From contig DASZWM010000005.1 of the NCBI GenBank assembly GCA_035546615.1, positions 40,959 to 104,958 on the forward strand: a DNA stretch of 64,000 nt, given 5' to 3'. This document shows positions 1 to 8,781 of the stretch, in pieces. How positions within the stretch are numbered: position 1 is the stretch's first letter; the number at the start of each line of letters is the position of its first letter. Below the pieces are notes generated by a model that worked only from the letters and a program-made list of their open reading frames with translations, made no database searches and was not told the origin of the DNA. This DNA comes from Minisyncoccota bacterium (GTDB lineage: Bacteria; Patescibacteriota; Minisyncoccia; Phycocordibacterales; SBAW01). A program made the translations under genes and the position numbers.

Positions 1-51
1 GCTCGAAGACGGGAGCGGGGACTATTTTTTTAAGCAGGCGTTTCATAGTAA

Positions 52-648
52 TTATTTCATTGAACCCAGATGTTTAAGCGCGGCGGCCAGGCGTTCGCGC
101 ACCGCGGCGGCCTCGGGCGCATCCTTCGCACTTTCTTTTACCGCTTTGCGGGATTCGGACGCGGAGTACCCGAGCGCCATAAGCGCTTCAATCACTTCGC
201 CGTCGCCTCCGGCACCCACGGCTTCGCCCCGCGCGGCCGCCTGGTCCGCCAGCTTATCGCGCAGTTCCACCACGATACGCTCCGCGCTCTTTTTGCCGAT
301 GCCAAACACTTTGGTGAGTATCGTGCTGTCGCCTTGCGCGATGGAGCGCTTAAGCGTTGAGGCTTCGGCGACATTGAGTATGCCGAGCGCCGATTTCGGG
401 CCGATGCCCGAGACGCTCGTGAGCTCCCGGAAGAAGGCGAGGTCGTCGCCGGTTGCAAAACCGTACAGGTCTATCGCGTCCTCGCGCACCGCCGTATGTA
501 TAAATAGAGAGATGTCGCCCGCGCGGCCGCTCATGGAAGATATAAGGAGCGCCGGTACGCGCACGCAGTAGCCTACGCCGCCTACCTCCACTATGAGCGT
601 CCCGTCTCCCGCCGTTCCCCCGTATCGTCCGGTCAGTTTGCCAATCAT
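52..648 (-). CDS. ruvA: Holliday junction DNA helicase RuvA
   Basis: 198-aa ORF; N-terminal OB-fold-like region, central helix-hairpin-helix GIGPKSA motif, C-terminal domain III; typical RuvA architecture. Confidence 0.85.
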   Translation of the reverse strand: MIGKLTGRYGGTAGDGTLIVEVGGVGYCVRVPALLISSMSGRAGDISLFIHTAVREDAIDLYGFATGDDLAFFRELTSVSGIGPKSALGILNVAEASTLKRSIAQGDSTILTKVFGIGKKSAERIVVELRDKLADQAAARGEAVGAGGDGEVIEALMALGYSASESRKAVKESAKDAPEAAAVRERLAAALKHLGSMK

Positions 649-672
649 GTAGTATTAGAGTACTATCTTCGC

Positions 673-915
673 ATGGCAATTACCAAATCCGCCAAGAAAG
701 CCCACCGCCAAAGCCTTCGCCGGAAGGTTATGAACGATGCGCGCAAGGACGCTTTGCGCGGGGCATTCAAGGGTATCCGCACGGCGGCCAAGGGTGACAC
801 CAAGGCTATCGCGGCGGCATACAAGGCTATCGATAAGGCGCTCAAGGGCGGCCTTATCAAGAAGAACACTGCCGCTCGCCGCAAATCAAAGGTTGCGCGG
901 GCGCTTAAGGCCTAA
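673..915 (+). CDS. rpsT: 30S ribosomal protein S20
   Basis: 80-aa highly basic Ala/Lys-rich ORF (AKKAHRQSLRRK..., NTAARRKSKVARALKA) matching bS20. Confidence 0.85.
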   Translation: MAITKSAKKAHRQSLRRKVMNDARKDALRGAFKGIRTAAKGDTKAIAAAYKAIDKALKGGLIKKNTAARRKSKVARALKA

Positions 916-930
916 CTCTTTAGGCCACCC

Positions 931-1002
931 CCTCTCGTCGTTCAATGGATAGGACGCCTCCCTCCGAAGGAGGCGATGCAGGTTCGATTCCTGCCGAGAG
1001 GA
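931..1002 (+). tRNA. tRNA-Arg (anticodon CCG)
   Basis: Manual cloverleaf: acceptor cctctcg/cgagagg, D-arm gttc-aatggata-ggac, anticodon stem cctcc/ggagg with loop ctCCGaa, T-arm gcagg-ttcgatt-cctgc; no encoded CCA. Confidence 0.8.
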
Positions 1003-1125
1003 CAAATTTCACGAAGTGAAATGTGCCTCTCGGAGCGCGCCAACTGCTTGGCGCGAGTAAGGAATCGAAAGGCTTTTCGTTGCTTCGTCTAATAAAGTCG
1101 AAAAGCACCCGCGACGGGAGTCGAG

Positions 1126-1147
1126 ATTCCTGCCGAGAGGACAAATT
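1126..1147 (+). repeat. Direct repeat of the tRNA-Arg 3' end (~23 nt, gattcctgccgagaggacaaatt), att-like
   Basis: Exact ~23-nt copy of tRNA-Arg T-arm 3' half, acceptor 3' strand and the following 6 nt (986-1007) recurring 140 bp downstream, immediately upstream of the first giant-protein gene. Confidence 0.7.
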
Positions 1148-1173
1148 GTGCATAAACAGCCTGGCGGAAAAAA

Positions 1174-3003
1174 ATGCGCTACTATGTATGCATGGTTCTA
1201 CACCGCTCTTTGTCCGGCCTGACGTTCATCATCAGCATATTTGTATTTCTCTTCGCGCTTGCGATATTTTTTCCGCCTTCGTTCGCCAGTGCCGGAGGAG
1301 GGGGTGGGGGAAGCGGCGGGGGAGGCGCATCCTGCCCGCCGTTCGCGACGGACCCCCCTGCGGTGGCAGCTGTGCCGGGATATAAGCCTGCAGGCCCCAC
1401 CCTCTACGAGATGCCGGGAAGCCTGGGATATTTCGACGCCGTCGTTCCCACCGTTGTAAAGCGGGCCTGGTACAACAAGATGCCGTCGGCCGGCGTATGT
1501 GGCGGGCAACAGATGGGCCTATGCATGACCGACAATTTTTCCGTTATCCAAGGAACGAAGATAGCGGCTCTCACCGCCTCTATGAATATCAAGCTCGGCA
1601 AGCCGGCGGCGTCGCAGGTGAGCATAGACGCTGTTACCAAGCCAATCAGCAATAACTGCGGACAAACTTCGACGCTCTGGTCGTACGTGCTTACCCCTTC
1701 GGCGGGGGACTTTACGATGAAGGTCCCCAAAGGCGTTTCGATAGACCTGACCTACAGCTGTCAGCCGAACCAGACCTATACCTGGGAGACGCACACCAGC
1801 TGCTTTTTGGGCATCGGCAACTGCAACGTCCGGCAGCATGCGCGCTCGTTCATGTTCGCGGACCGCGCGGTAAGCAACATTCCCTCGGGCTCTTCCGGCC
1901 TTTCAGGCACCAAGACCTTCGTGCCCCAGGAAGGCACGTCCTATTCGCTCGCCTGCGGCGGCTACCGTCCCGAGAACGGCAGCGCGACTCCTCCCACCTA
2001 CGGCTCAGCGAGCAGCGCCGGAGGCGTATGCTTCCTCGGCATCGACTGCGACAGCGGCGGCGACTTCTCCTCCTACAACGTCAAGGACTCCTCCTACCAG
2101 CAGCCCCCGCTGGCCATGTCTGTGGAGGCCTGCACCGGCGACGACGAGGTAGTCGTCAATAACGTTTGCACCCCATGCTCGCAGGTGCTCCCGGGGAGCT
2201 GGCGCATCGAGAACATATGCGTCACTTCCTTGCCCGTGGTTTCCATTGACGCGTTCGTGAACGGAAAGTCGGTGAGCACCACGACTCCCGGCATCCCGGT
2301 TACCATACGCGCCACGTACGTTTCCACCACGTCCGACCCGATAGCCGGCGCCGTCATCAATGGCGGGACCAAGGGCAAGGATACGCCGGCGTGCACCGGC
2401 TCGTGCATGCAGACTACCTATAGCCGCACCAAGGCCACCGCTACCACTACGTACACATTCACGCCGAGCGCTTCGGGCGTTTTCACCTTCTATCCCTCGG
2501 TGCAGACCAAGCTGCTTGCCGCCTGGAGCAATTATGGCGATGTGTCGAAGACGCTCATCGTGGGCAACGCGTGTCCGGCTAACGCCACGCCCTCGGGCTC
2601 GAGCTGCACGTGCAACGACAAGTACTCCGCCTATATCGGCAACGCGTGCGTGCTGACGTGCCCCGCGACCATGCATCCAAACATGAGCGGCAGCACCTGC
2701 ATCGCCAACCTTCCCACGAGCGCGATGCTGGACTTCACCGCCCTGCGCGTGCGCGAAGGCGCCAGGTCCACCCTGTCATGGACGATACGAGGCATGCAGA
2801 GCGGCATCGCCTGCGACATCGCGCCGCGCGAGCTGCTTGAGAGTCCCATGCCGGCCTACCCCGGAGGCTCCACGTGGAGCGGCGCTCTCGGGACCACCCC
2901 CATCAAGGATCCCACGCGCTATACCCTGAGCTGCACCAACGGGGAGGAGACGGTTAGCAAGACAACGACCGTGCAGCTTATCCCCGAGTACCAGGAAATC
3001 TAA
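1174..3003 (+). CDS. Secreted/membrane-anchored glycine-rich, Cys-rich surface protein (paralog 1), conserved C-terminal IPEYQEI domain
   Basis: 609-aa ORF; N-terminal hydrophobic signal/anchor, poly-Gly stretch, Cys-rich middle region homologous to the middle of the 4758-8594 protein (KVPK...SY.C.PNQ.Y.W ... CGGY.P..G ... C.PC), shared ~90-aa C-terminal domain. Confidence 0.7.
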   Translation: MRYYVCMVLHRSLSGLTFIISIFVFLFALAIFFPPSFASAGGGGGGSGGGGASCPPFATDPPAVAAVPGYKPAGPTLYEMPGSLGYFDAVVPTVVKRAWYNKMPSAGVCGGQQMGLCMTDNFSVIQGTKIAALTASMNIKLGKPAASQVSIDAVTKPISNNCGQTSTLWSYVLTPSAGDFTMKVPKGVSIDLTYSCQPNQTYTWETHTSCFLGIGNCNVRQHARSFMFADRAVSNIPSGSSGLSGTKTFVPQEGTSYSLACGGYRPENGSATPPTYGSASSAGGVCFLGIDCDSGGDFSSYNVKDSSYQQPPLAMSVEACTGDDEVVVNNVCTPCSQVLPGSWRIENICVTSLPVVSIDAFVNGKSVSTTTPGIPVTIRATYVSTTSDPIAGAVINGGTKGKDTPACTGSCMQTTYSRTKATATTTYTFTPSASGVFTFYPSVQTKLLAAWSNYGDVSKTLIVGNACPANATPSGSSCTCNDKYSAYIGNACVLTCPATMHPNMSGSTCIANLPTSAMLDFTALRVREGARSTLSWTIRGMQSGIACDIAPRELLESPMPAYPGGSTWSGALGTTPIKDPTRYTLSCTNGEETVSKTTTVQLIPEYQEI

Positions 3004-4540
3004 TGTTTTTCTTGCGCGCGTACGCGGCCAGGAAAAGCGCCGCAATGGCCGCGTAGAGCGGATAGCTTCCCGCGAGCGAGTACAGCGTCGCGCGTCGCGC
3101 TTCGGGGATCTCGAGCGTGCCCTGAAGCAGGCCCTGCTGTCTGAAGCCGAGCGACTTCACCACGGCGCCGCGTGCGTCTATGAGCGCCGACGGCCCTTCT
3201 ATAGAGGCCCGCACGGCGGGAATATTGTTCTCGGCGGCGCGGTAGCGGGCGGCCGTGAGGCTGTATGCCTCGCCGGCGTCTTCGGGCAGTATCCACTCGA
3301 ACCCCATATTAAGGAAGAAGCCGGCGCCCTTGGCGTCGCGGCGGGCAAGGCCCGCCAGGTGTATTTCCGAGCACTGGAGGCTTGCGGCGACAACGCCGCT
3401 TTCAAGCTCGACAACGCCGCTTCCGGTGCCGGCGCTCAGGGGAGCGGGCGTCGGCCCGAAGCCGAAAGAAGCGTACGCAGGCGCGTATTCTGTAAATGCG
3501 AATAAGTTGCGTTTATCGTAAGCGGCGGCCAGCGTCCCCGAATGCCAGAAGTGATATGTCTGGAAGTATTCGCCGCCCCGGTACGCGAGGTCCCAGGTAA
3601 CCACCGTGCTCGAGGCGGGCGCGTTCTCGCGCATCCAGTCATCGAGCGCCCGGCGCGGGAAGAACCGCAATTCTCCATAGCCGTCCGCGGGCGGCGCGCC
3701 CTCGTAGGCGACCTCGTTCGCCACTGCCGCCGGATAGACGACGAGTTCATTCCCTTGCGCTCCGGCTTCGCGCAGCGCCGCGGCGAGCGCCGGGAACGTG
3801 AGGCGGTCCTGGTATACGTTGGCGAACGGGAGCGCGTCGCGCGGTCCCGCCTGCACCACGGCGACGCGCATCTCCCGCGGCGCGGGAGCGCCCCCGAGGT
3901 ACCGCTCGTGCGCGAAGCACAGGAGCCATGCCGCCAGCGCGAGATATGCGGCCAGCGCGAGGGCCCGCCTGCGCTGGCCGCGCGGTGCGGCCAGCAGTTC
4001 TCCCGCGAGCGCTCCCGCGAGCGCAACCGTGAACGAGACGAGAGCCTCTCCTCCCAGCGCCGCTCCCGCGAAGGAGGCTGGCAGGAAGCCCGTCGTGTAC
4101 GCCAGCGCGCCGAGATAATAATGGCCGGTCACCCACTGGAGGGCGCTTTCAAGCGTGACATACGCTCCCGCGAACAGCGCCGCATTGAGGAGAATCGAAT
4201 CAAAGCGAAACGCGCGGTAGAGAACGATGCAGCCGCCCCCCACGCATCCGAACAGGAGCGCCCACAGGACGGGGCTGCAGTGTATGAGCTCCAGGACGAA
4301 CGGCGCGTCGGAGGGCCATGCGAAGCCCGTAAAGATAAAAGCGGAAAGCGATGCGCCGGGCAGGGCGCCGGCAATAAAACCCGCGACGAACAGGTGTTTT
4401 GCGGGGATGGGGGCCCTTCGCGCGGCGACAAAGACCACCGGCGCGAACGCCATAAGGGAGAAAAGGGGAGCGGAAAAAGGCGGCAGGGCCAGTGCAAGCA
4501 ATACTCCCGAGGCGGCCGCAAAAACAAGGCTCATGACCAT
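2978..4540 (-). CDS. lnt: Apolipoprotein N-acyltransferase (Lnt)
   Basis: Multi-TM N-terminal half plus C-terminal carbon-nitrogen hydrolase domain with Lnt motif YDKRNLFAFTEYAP and catalytic Cys (LQCSEI). The ORF as listed runs to 4846, but the likely start is MVMSLVF at ~4540. Confidence 0.75.
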   Translation of the reverse strand: MVMSLVFAAASGVLLALALPPFSAPLFSLMAFAPVVFVAARRAPIPAKHLFVAGFIAGALPGASLSAFIFTGFAWPSDAPFVLELIHCSPVLWALLFGCVGGGCIVLYRAFRFDSILLNAALFAGAYVTLESALQWVTGHYYLGALAYTTGFLPASFAGAALGGEALVSFTVALAGALAGELLAAPRGQRRRALALAAYLALAAWLLCFAHERYLGGAPAPREMRVAVVQAGPRDALPFANVYQDRLTFPALAAALREAGAQGNELVVYPAAVANEVAYEGAPPADGYGELRFFPRRALDDWMRENAPASSTVVTWDLAYRGGEYFQTYHFWHSGTLAAAYDKRNLFAFTEYAPAYASFGFGPTPAPLSAGTGSGVVELESGVVAASLQCSEIHLAGLARRDAKGAGFFLNMGFEWILPEDAGEAYSLTAARYRAAENNIPAVRASIEGPSALIDARGAVVKSLGFRQQGLLQGTLEIPEARRATLYSLAGSYPLYAAIAALFLAAYARKKNIRFPGTRG

Positions 4541-4688
4541 GACGCAAGTATACTGTCTCCGCGCTGACCCTGCTTGCGGCATCCTTGCTGCCGGCATTCG
4601 GGCAGGCGTTCGTCTATTTCTGCAAACAGTCCTCCCGCCTCGGGGGCCTGGGCCGCATCCAGCGACGGCGAGAGGAGAGCCGAAGGCG

Positions 4689-4702
4689 TTTCCTGCCGAG
4701 AG
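4689..4702 (+). repeat. Degenerate third copy of the tRNA-Arg 3'-end repeat (tttcctgccgagag ... gacaaaat)
   Basis: 13-14 nt identical to the tRNA-Arg 3' region, followed after an 8-nt insertion by gacaaaat; sits directly upstream of the second giant-protein gene. Confidence 0.45.
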
Positions 4703-4757
4703 AACGGATTTTGTGGACAAAATATTATGTAGCGAATTCTCGGGGTAGTATAGAAGA

Positions 4758-7700
4758 GTGAGCTTCAAGTGCTTGAAGAAATATTTTTTTCTCCTTCCGC
4801 TGCTTGTTTTTATAGGTCCTGCGCCCTTTGTCATGGCCGCCCCCACGTTTCAAGTGGGGCCGATTTACCTCACTACGACAAGCGCGTCAAACCAAACCTG
4901 GCCCGTGCCTTCTGACTGGAACAATGCGAGCAACATCGTGCAGGTTATTGCGGCTGGAGGAGGCGGGGGCGGAGTCGCCAGCAACACGACGGGGAGCGGC
5001 GGGGGCGGCGGGGGCGGCGGATATTCAAAATCGACAAATATTACCCTTTCCGGTTCATCGGTAACGTATCGTCTTGCGCCCGGCGGCGCCGGCGGAGGAT
5101 CGTCGGCTGCGGTTGCCGGAGGCGATGCATGGTTTAACGGCACCACATGCGCGGCTGCCTCCGTCTGCGCGAAAGGCGGAGGGGCAGGGGGCGCAGGCAC
5201 AGGCGGAGGGGGAGGCGCCGCGGGCGCAGGCGGGCCGGCTACAGGAGGAGTCGCGTCAGGCACCGGCTCAATAAAAAATAACGGCGGCGCAGGCGGGGCA
5301 GGCACAGGTGTTTCCGCCGGCGGCGGAGGGGGCGGCGCGGGCGGCCCAAACGCCGCCGGCGGGACTGGCAATCGCACCAATGGCGGGCAAGGGGACGGCA
5401 CTGCAGGCGGCGCCGGCGGGATGACAAGCCTCATCAGGGCCGCGTCTGCTGGAAGCCCAGGAACTGAATTTTCATCCTCGCCCGCGTACGGGTCCGGCGG
5501 CGGCGGCGGAGGTTCTAGATACGCAGCGGACGCGGCAGCGGGAGGCACGTACGGCGCGGGCGGCGGCGGAGCTTTTGCTGCCTCCTCCGGTACCCTCCGC
5601 CGCGGAGGAGCCGGCGCTCCCGGGCTTATTGTGATTAATTACAGCGCACCTCTTACCGTTTCCATTACCGCGCCGACCAACAGCGGCAACGCATGTATTG
5701 GCACGCCCGGTGCATTTACCATCAGCCGCAACGGGCCGGCAACTTGGCCTGCAGTGCCGGTTGATCTTATATACGGCGGAAGCGGGAGCACCGCGGCTGC
5801 GGGGATAGACTACTCCGCTGCTGCGACAACGGTCACCATACCGGCAAATACCATGTCTATAACGCTTCCCATTACCGCGCTTCAAAAAACATCGGGCGGC
5901 AGCACTACGCTCAAGGCGACCATAGCCGCATCCTCGGCCTATTCCGTCGGTACGCCAGCGAGCGCCACAATAGTTATTAACAATGGGACTCCGGCGATTG
6001 AGACAGTCGCCCCCTACACGATCGCTCCTTTTGCTGCTTACCCATTGCCCTACAATGGCTACATTTATCACCAAAATGGCGGTTCCGGCTACACTAATCC
6101 ATTTGCCACTCCCGCAAGCATTCTTAATACATGGATCAGCAATAGCCCTTCGCCCCAACTATGCGGCGCCAACGGCGGTACGGCCGGTATATCGCTTCCT
6201 AGTGACACGGCACAGGGCGTATGCATGGGTCCTAATTTCTCCGGCACTGTAGCAGGCACCCGGGTTGCGGTCCTGCAGGCGGTAGCGCAGACTGCAGGCA
6301 TTCCTCCGGTTAATGTCGGCCTCGATCTCACGAATGTCAAAAAAACAAATCCTTGCAACACTTCAACAACGCACTGGGCGTACGCTACTGCGCCGACACA
6401 AAATACGCCCGCCGCGACGCTTAAGGTCCCTAAATACACACCGGTCCAGTTCTCTTATCAATGTTTGCCGAACCAGAATTATGTTTGGTTTAACGCCGCA
6501 TGCCAAGGCGCTTACATTATTAGCTGCCTTAGCTGGACGCTTGTTACCGATGGCGACCTCAATGTCCAGACAGCGGATCGAGCGTGGTACAAGGGCACTG
6601 AAACGGCGAACCTTATCGACAGTTCTACGCAGACATTCAGCAATTCGCAGAGCGTTACGCTCCAATGCGGCGGCTATCAGCCTCAAGAAGGGATTCCCGC
6701 AAACGGCGGTTCTCCGCCAGCTGCATCCTCCGGCACTGCTCCTACTGGAGGCAGCTACACGGTATACGGTATGCAGAATCCTTCCTATCGGCAGCCGCAA
6801 ATACAAGTTGACGTACAGACATGCTCGGATCCTACCGCTATCGTACAGGGCGGTGCGTGCGTTCCGTGCAATACGGTAACTTCGGGCAGTTATCGTTCGG
6901 GTAATACCTGCGTCTTGTATCCGCCCCCGACGGCGACTATCCAAGCCAATAACGCCGGTTTTCAAGCGGCAGACAGCAGCGGCAACAAGAACGGAAAATT
7001 AGTTTCAGTTGGGGCGGGACAGCAAGTAACTGTAGCCGCCACGTATGCTGGCAGTACCAATCAAACTCAAAAAACCGTCTTTATTACTGCCGCAGGTTCT
7101 GGCGTATGGACCGTGCCAAGCGATTGGAACAGCGCCAATAACAGCATCGAGGTTATAGGCGGCGGCGGCACGGCGGCTTTTACGGGAGGCCGAGGCGGCG
7201 GGGGCGGCGGCGGCGCGTATTCAAAAAAGACTAATATTTCCCTCACGCCTGGCGCGCCTGTGACATATAGGGTGGGTCAAGGTGCGGCCCAAGGGAGTCC
7301 GGCCGCTCCGGGTGACGATACTTTTTTTAACCGGACCGCCGGTTCCTCAAATACCTGCGCCGATACGGTTTCGGTATGTGCCAAGGGCGGAAACAGCGGC
7401 AATGGCAACAATGGTGGAGCTGGAGGCGCTGCGAGTGGCGGCGTCGGCACTGTTAAATATTCGGGGGGCGCCGGCGCTTACGGCGATAATAACAATTCCG
7501 GCAACGGCGGCGGCGCAGGAGGTCCCAACGGGAATGGTCAAGCGGGAGACAGTGGCGGCGCAGGGGATGCGGGGCTTGGCGGCGCGGGCAGCGGTTGTGG
7601 CAACCCACCTGCGGCTGGGGGGAATGGTGCCGAGTGGATTGCTACCAATGTGTGGAGTGGCACTGCATACACGGGCGCAACGCCGACGGGCGGCTCCGGC

Positions 7701-8594
7701 GGGGGCGGCGGGTGCCGCTCATCCATTGCCGCTCCGGGCGGTAACGGCGGTTTGTATGGCGGCGGAGGCGGCTCCGGCGGAGGCAGCCAGAGCAATGAAG
7801 GAGTCGGGGCTCAGGGCATTATCGTAATCAAATATACCTCAACCGGCGACCCTCTTGAGGCTACCGCTATCAATTGCGACTCGGGATGCGATTCACAGGA
7901 CGGTGATACTGTTAACTGTAACCTTGTTGCTCCTCCCAATCCGCCGGCGGCTCCTGATCCAAACTGTTGGCGGAAACCCGATGCGACAAAGACGTATACC
8001 TTTACGCCGGCATCAGCAGACGCGGGAAAGACGTTTGTATTTTCCGCACAGGCAAAAACTTTTAACTACATCAACTATAACGGCTACGCTACCGTGCAGG
8101 TGCGGGTATGCCCGATCGGTCAGGGAACGGACGGCAACGGCGGATGTATTGCGGACGCATGCACCAACAATATCGTATTCCCAGGCAGCCAGACGACAGT
8201 ACCCGCAGGATGTACGGGTAATCCGGACAATACGTGCAGCGTGCCCACCGGCTATGCGTTCAACGGCGCGGCCTGCGTCCCTTCAGCTCCGTCGGTTCCG
8301 ACCCTTAGCCAAAACTCATTTACCGCCACCCGCGTACGTATGGGGGCGGCATCGACGCTTTCATGGAACATACCGGGTATGGCGAGCGGCATTACATGCG
8401 ATATCAGTCCTGCGGATAAATTGCAGAGCCCGATGCCTGCCTGGACAAGCGGCTCTACTTGGATCGGCTCGGTACAGACGACCAGCATATACGGGCCCAC
8501 CAAATATACGCTCACGTGCACTAACAGCACGACCGACCCGCCGGCCACCCGCAGCGTCATCGTCAACATCATCCCTGCGTATCAGGAGATATAG
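4758..8594 (+). CDS. Giant secreted glycine-rich surface protein (paralog 2) with two Gly-rich beta-solenoid-like modules, Cys-rich middle region and conserved C-terminal IPAYQEI domain
   Basis: 1278-aa ORF with GTG start; signal peptide MSFKCLKKYFFLLPLLVFIGPAPFVMA; Gly-rich module (TWPVPSDWN..NI.VI..GGGGG...GGGGGGYSK.TNI.L....VTYR...G...G.IVI.Y) duplicated at ~4896-5643 and ~7100-7840; middle and C-terminal regions homologous to the 1174-3003 protein. Confidence 0.75.
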   Translation: MSFKCLKKYFFLLPLLVFIGPAPFVMAAPTFQVGPIYLTTTSASNQTWPVPSDWNNASNIVQVIAAGGGGGGVASNTTGSGGGGGGGGYSKSTNITLSGSSVTYRLAPGGAGGGSSAAVAGGDAWFNGTTCAAASVCAKGGGAGGAGTGGGGGAAGAGGPATGGVASGTGSIKNNGGAGGAGTGVSAGGGGGGAGGPNAAGGTGNRTNGGQGDGTAGGAGGMTSLIRAASAGSPGTEFSSSPAYGSGGGGGGSRYAADAAAGGTYGAGGGGAFAASSGTLRRGGAGAPGLIVINYSAPLTVSITAPTNSGNACIGTPGAFTISRNGPATWPAVPVDLIYGGSGSTAAAGIDYSAAATTVTIPANTMSITLPITALQKTSGGSTTLKATIAASSAYSVGTPASATIVINNGTPAIETVAPYTIAPFAAYPLPYNGYIYHQNGGSGYTNPFATPASILNTWISNSPSPQLCGANGGTAGISLPSDTAQGVCMGPNFSGTVAGTRVAVLQAVAQTAGIPPVNVGLDLTNVKKTNPCNTSTTHWAYATAPTQNTPAATLKVPKYTPVQFSYQCLPNQNYVWFNAACQGAYIISCLSWTLVTDGDLNVQTADRAWYKGTETANLIDSSTQTFSNSQSVTLQCGGYQPQEGIPANGGSPPAASSGTAPTGGSYTVYGMQNPSYRQPQIQVDVQTCSDPTAIVQGGACVPCNTVTSGSYRSGNTCVLYPPPTATIQANNAGFQAADSSGNKNGKLVSVGAGQQVTVAATYAGSTNQTQKTVFITAAGSGVWTVPSDWNSANNSIEVIGGGGTAAFTGGRGGGGGGGAYSKKTNISLTPGAPVTYRVGQGAAQGSPAAPGDDTFFNRTAGSSNTCADTVSVCAKGGNSGNGNNGGAGGAASGGVGTVKYSGGAGAYGDNNNSGNGGGAGGPNGNGQAGDSGGAGDAGLGGAGSGCGNPPAAGGNGAEWIATNVWSGTAYTGATPTGGSGGGGGCRSSIAAPGGNGGLYGGGGGSGGGSQSNEGVGAQGIIVIKYTSTGDPLEATAINCDSGCDSQDGDTVNCNLVAPPNPPAAPDPNCWRKPDATKTYTFTPASADAGKTFVFSAQAKTFNYINYNGYATVQVRVCPIGQGTDGNGGCIADACTNNIVFPGSQTTVPAGCTGNPDNTCSVPTGYAFNGAACVPSAPSVPTLSQNSFTATRVRMGAASTLSWNIPGMASGITCDISPADKLQSPMPAWTSGSTWIGSVQTTSIYGPTKYTLTCTNSTTDPPATRSVIVNIIPAYQEI

Positions 8595-8634
8595 CGGGAG
8601 GAGGAATTTTGCTCCGCTTAGCACACAAGCGCAA

Positions 8635-8658
8635 AACCTGCCGCAGGGCAGGTTGTTG
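8635..8658. terminator. Bidirectional rho-independent terminator
   Basis: Hairpin cctgccgcagggcagg followed by ttgttg; lies between the 3' end of the giant-protein gene and the 3' end of the minus-strand tRNA-Arg. Confidence 0.55.
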
Positions 8659-8667
8659 CGTCTAGTG

Positions 8668-8739
8668 TGCTCCCGGTAGGAATCGAACCTACATCACGAA
8701 CTCCGCAAGCTCGTGTCCTATCCATTGAACGACGGGAGC
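8668..8739 (-). tRNA. tRNA-Arg (anticodon read as GCG)
   Basis: Reverse-complement cloverleaf: acceptor gctcccg/cgggagc, D-arm identical to the 931 tRNA (gttc-aatggata-ggac), anticodon stem cgagc/gttcg (one G-U) with loop ttGCGga, T-arm gtagg-ttcgatt-cctac. Confidence 0.7.
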
Positions 8740-8781
8740 GCTCAATAACTCCTTGAGCTTACAACGAAAATTAGCTTTTTT

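Noticed and set aside
2716-3003. Type IX secretion C-terminal domain (CTD) for the shared C-terminal module
   Set aside because: The T9SS is confined to Bacteroidota and its CTD motifs differ; the gene content here is CPR-like, so the domain is flagged as a novel candidate instead.
3542-4567. 341-aa plus-strand ORF (Arg-rich)
   Set aside because: Antisense to lnt, whose CN-hydrolase motifs are clear; no motifs of its own.
4865-5548. 227-aa proline-rich ORF on the minus strand (PPPPPP runs)
   Set aside because: Antisense shadow of the glycine-rich coding region (GGN codons read as NCC = Pro on the opposite strand); lies fully inside the well-supported 4758-8594 gene.
4896-5643. Collagen-like triple-helix region in the glycine-rich protein
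   Set aside because: Gly is abundant but not in strict G-X-Y register, and there is no Pro enrichment at X/Y; better described as a glycine-rich (tail-fibre-like) domain.
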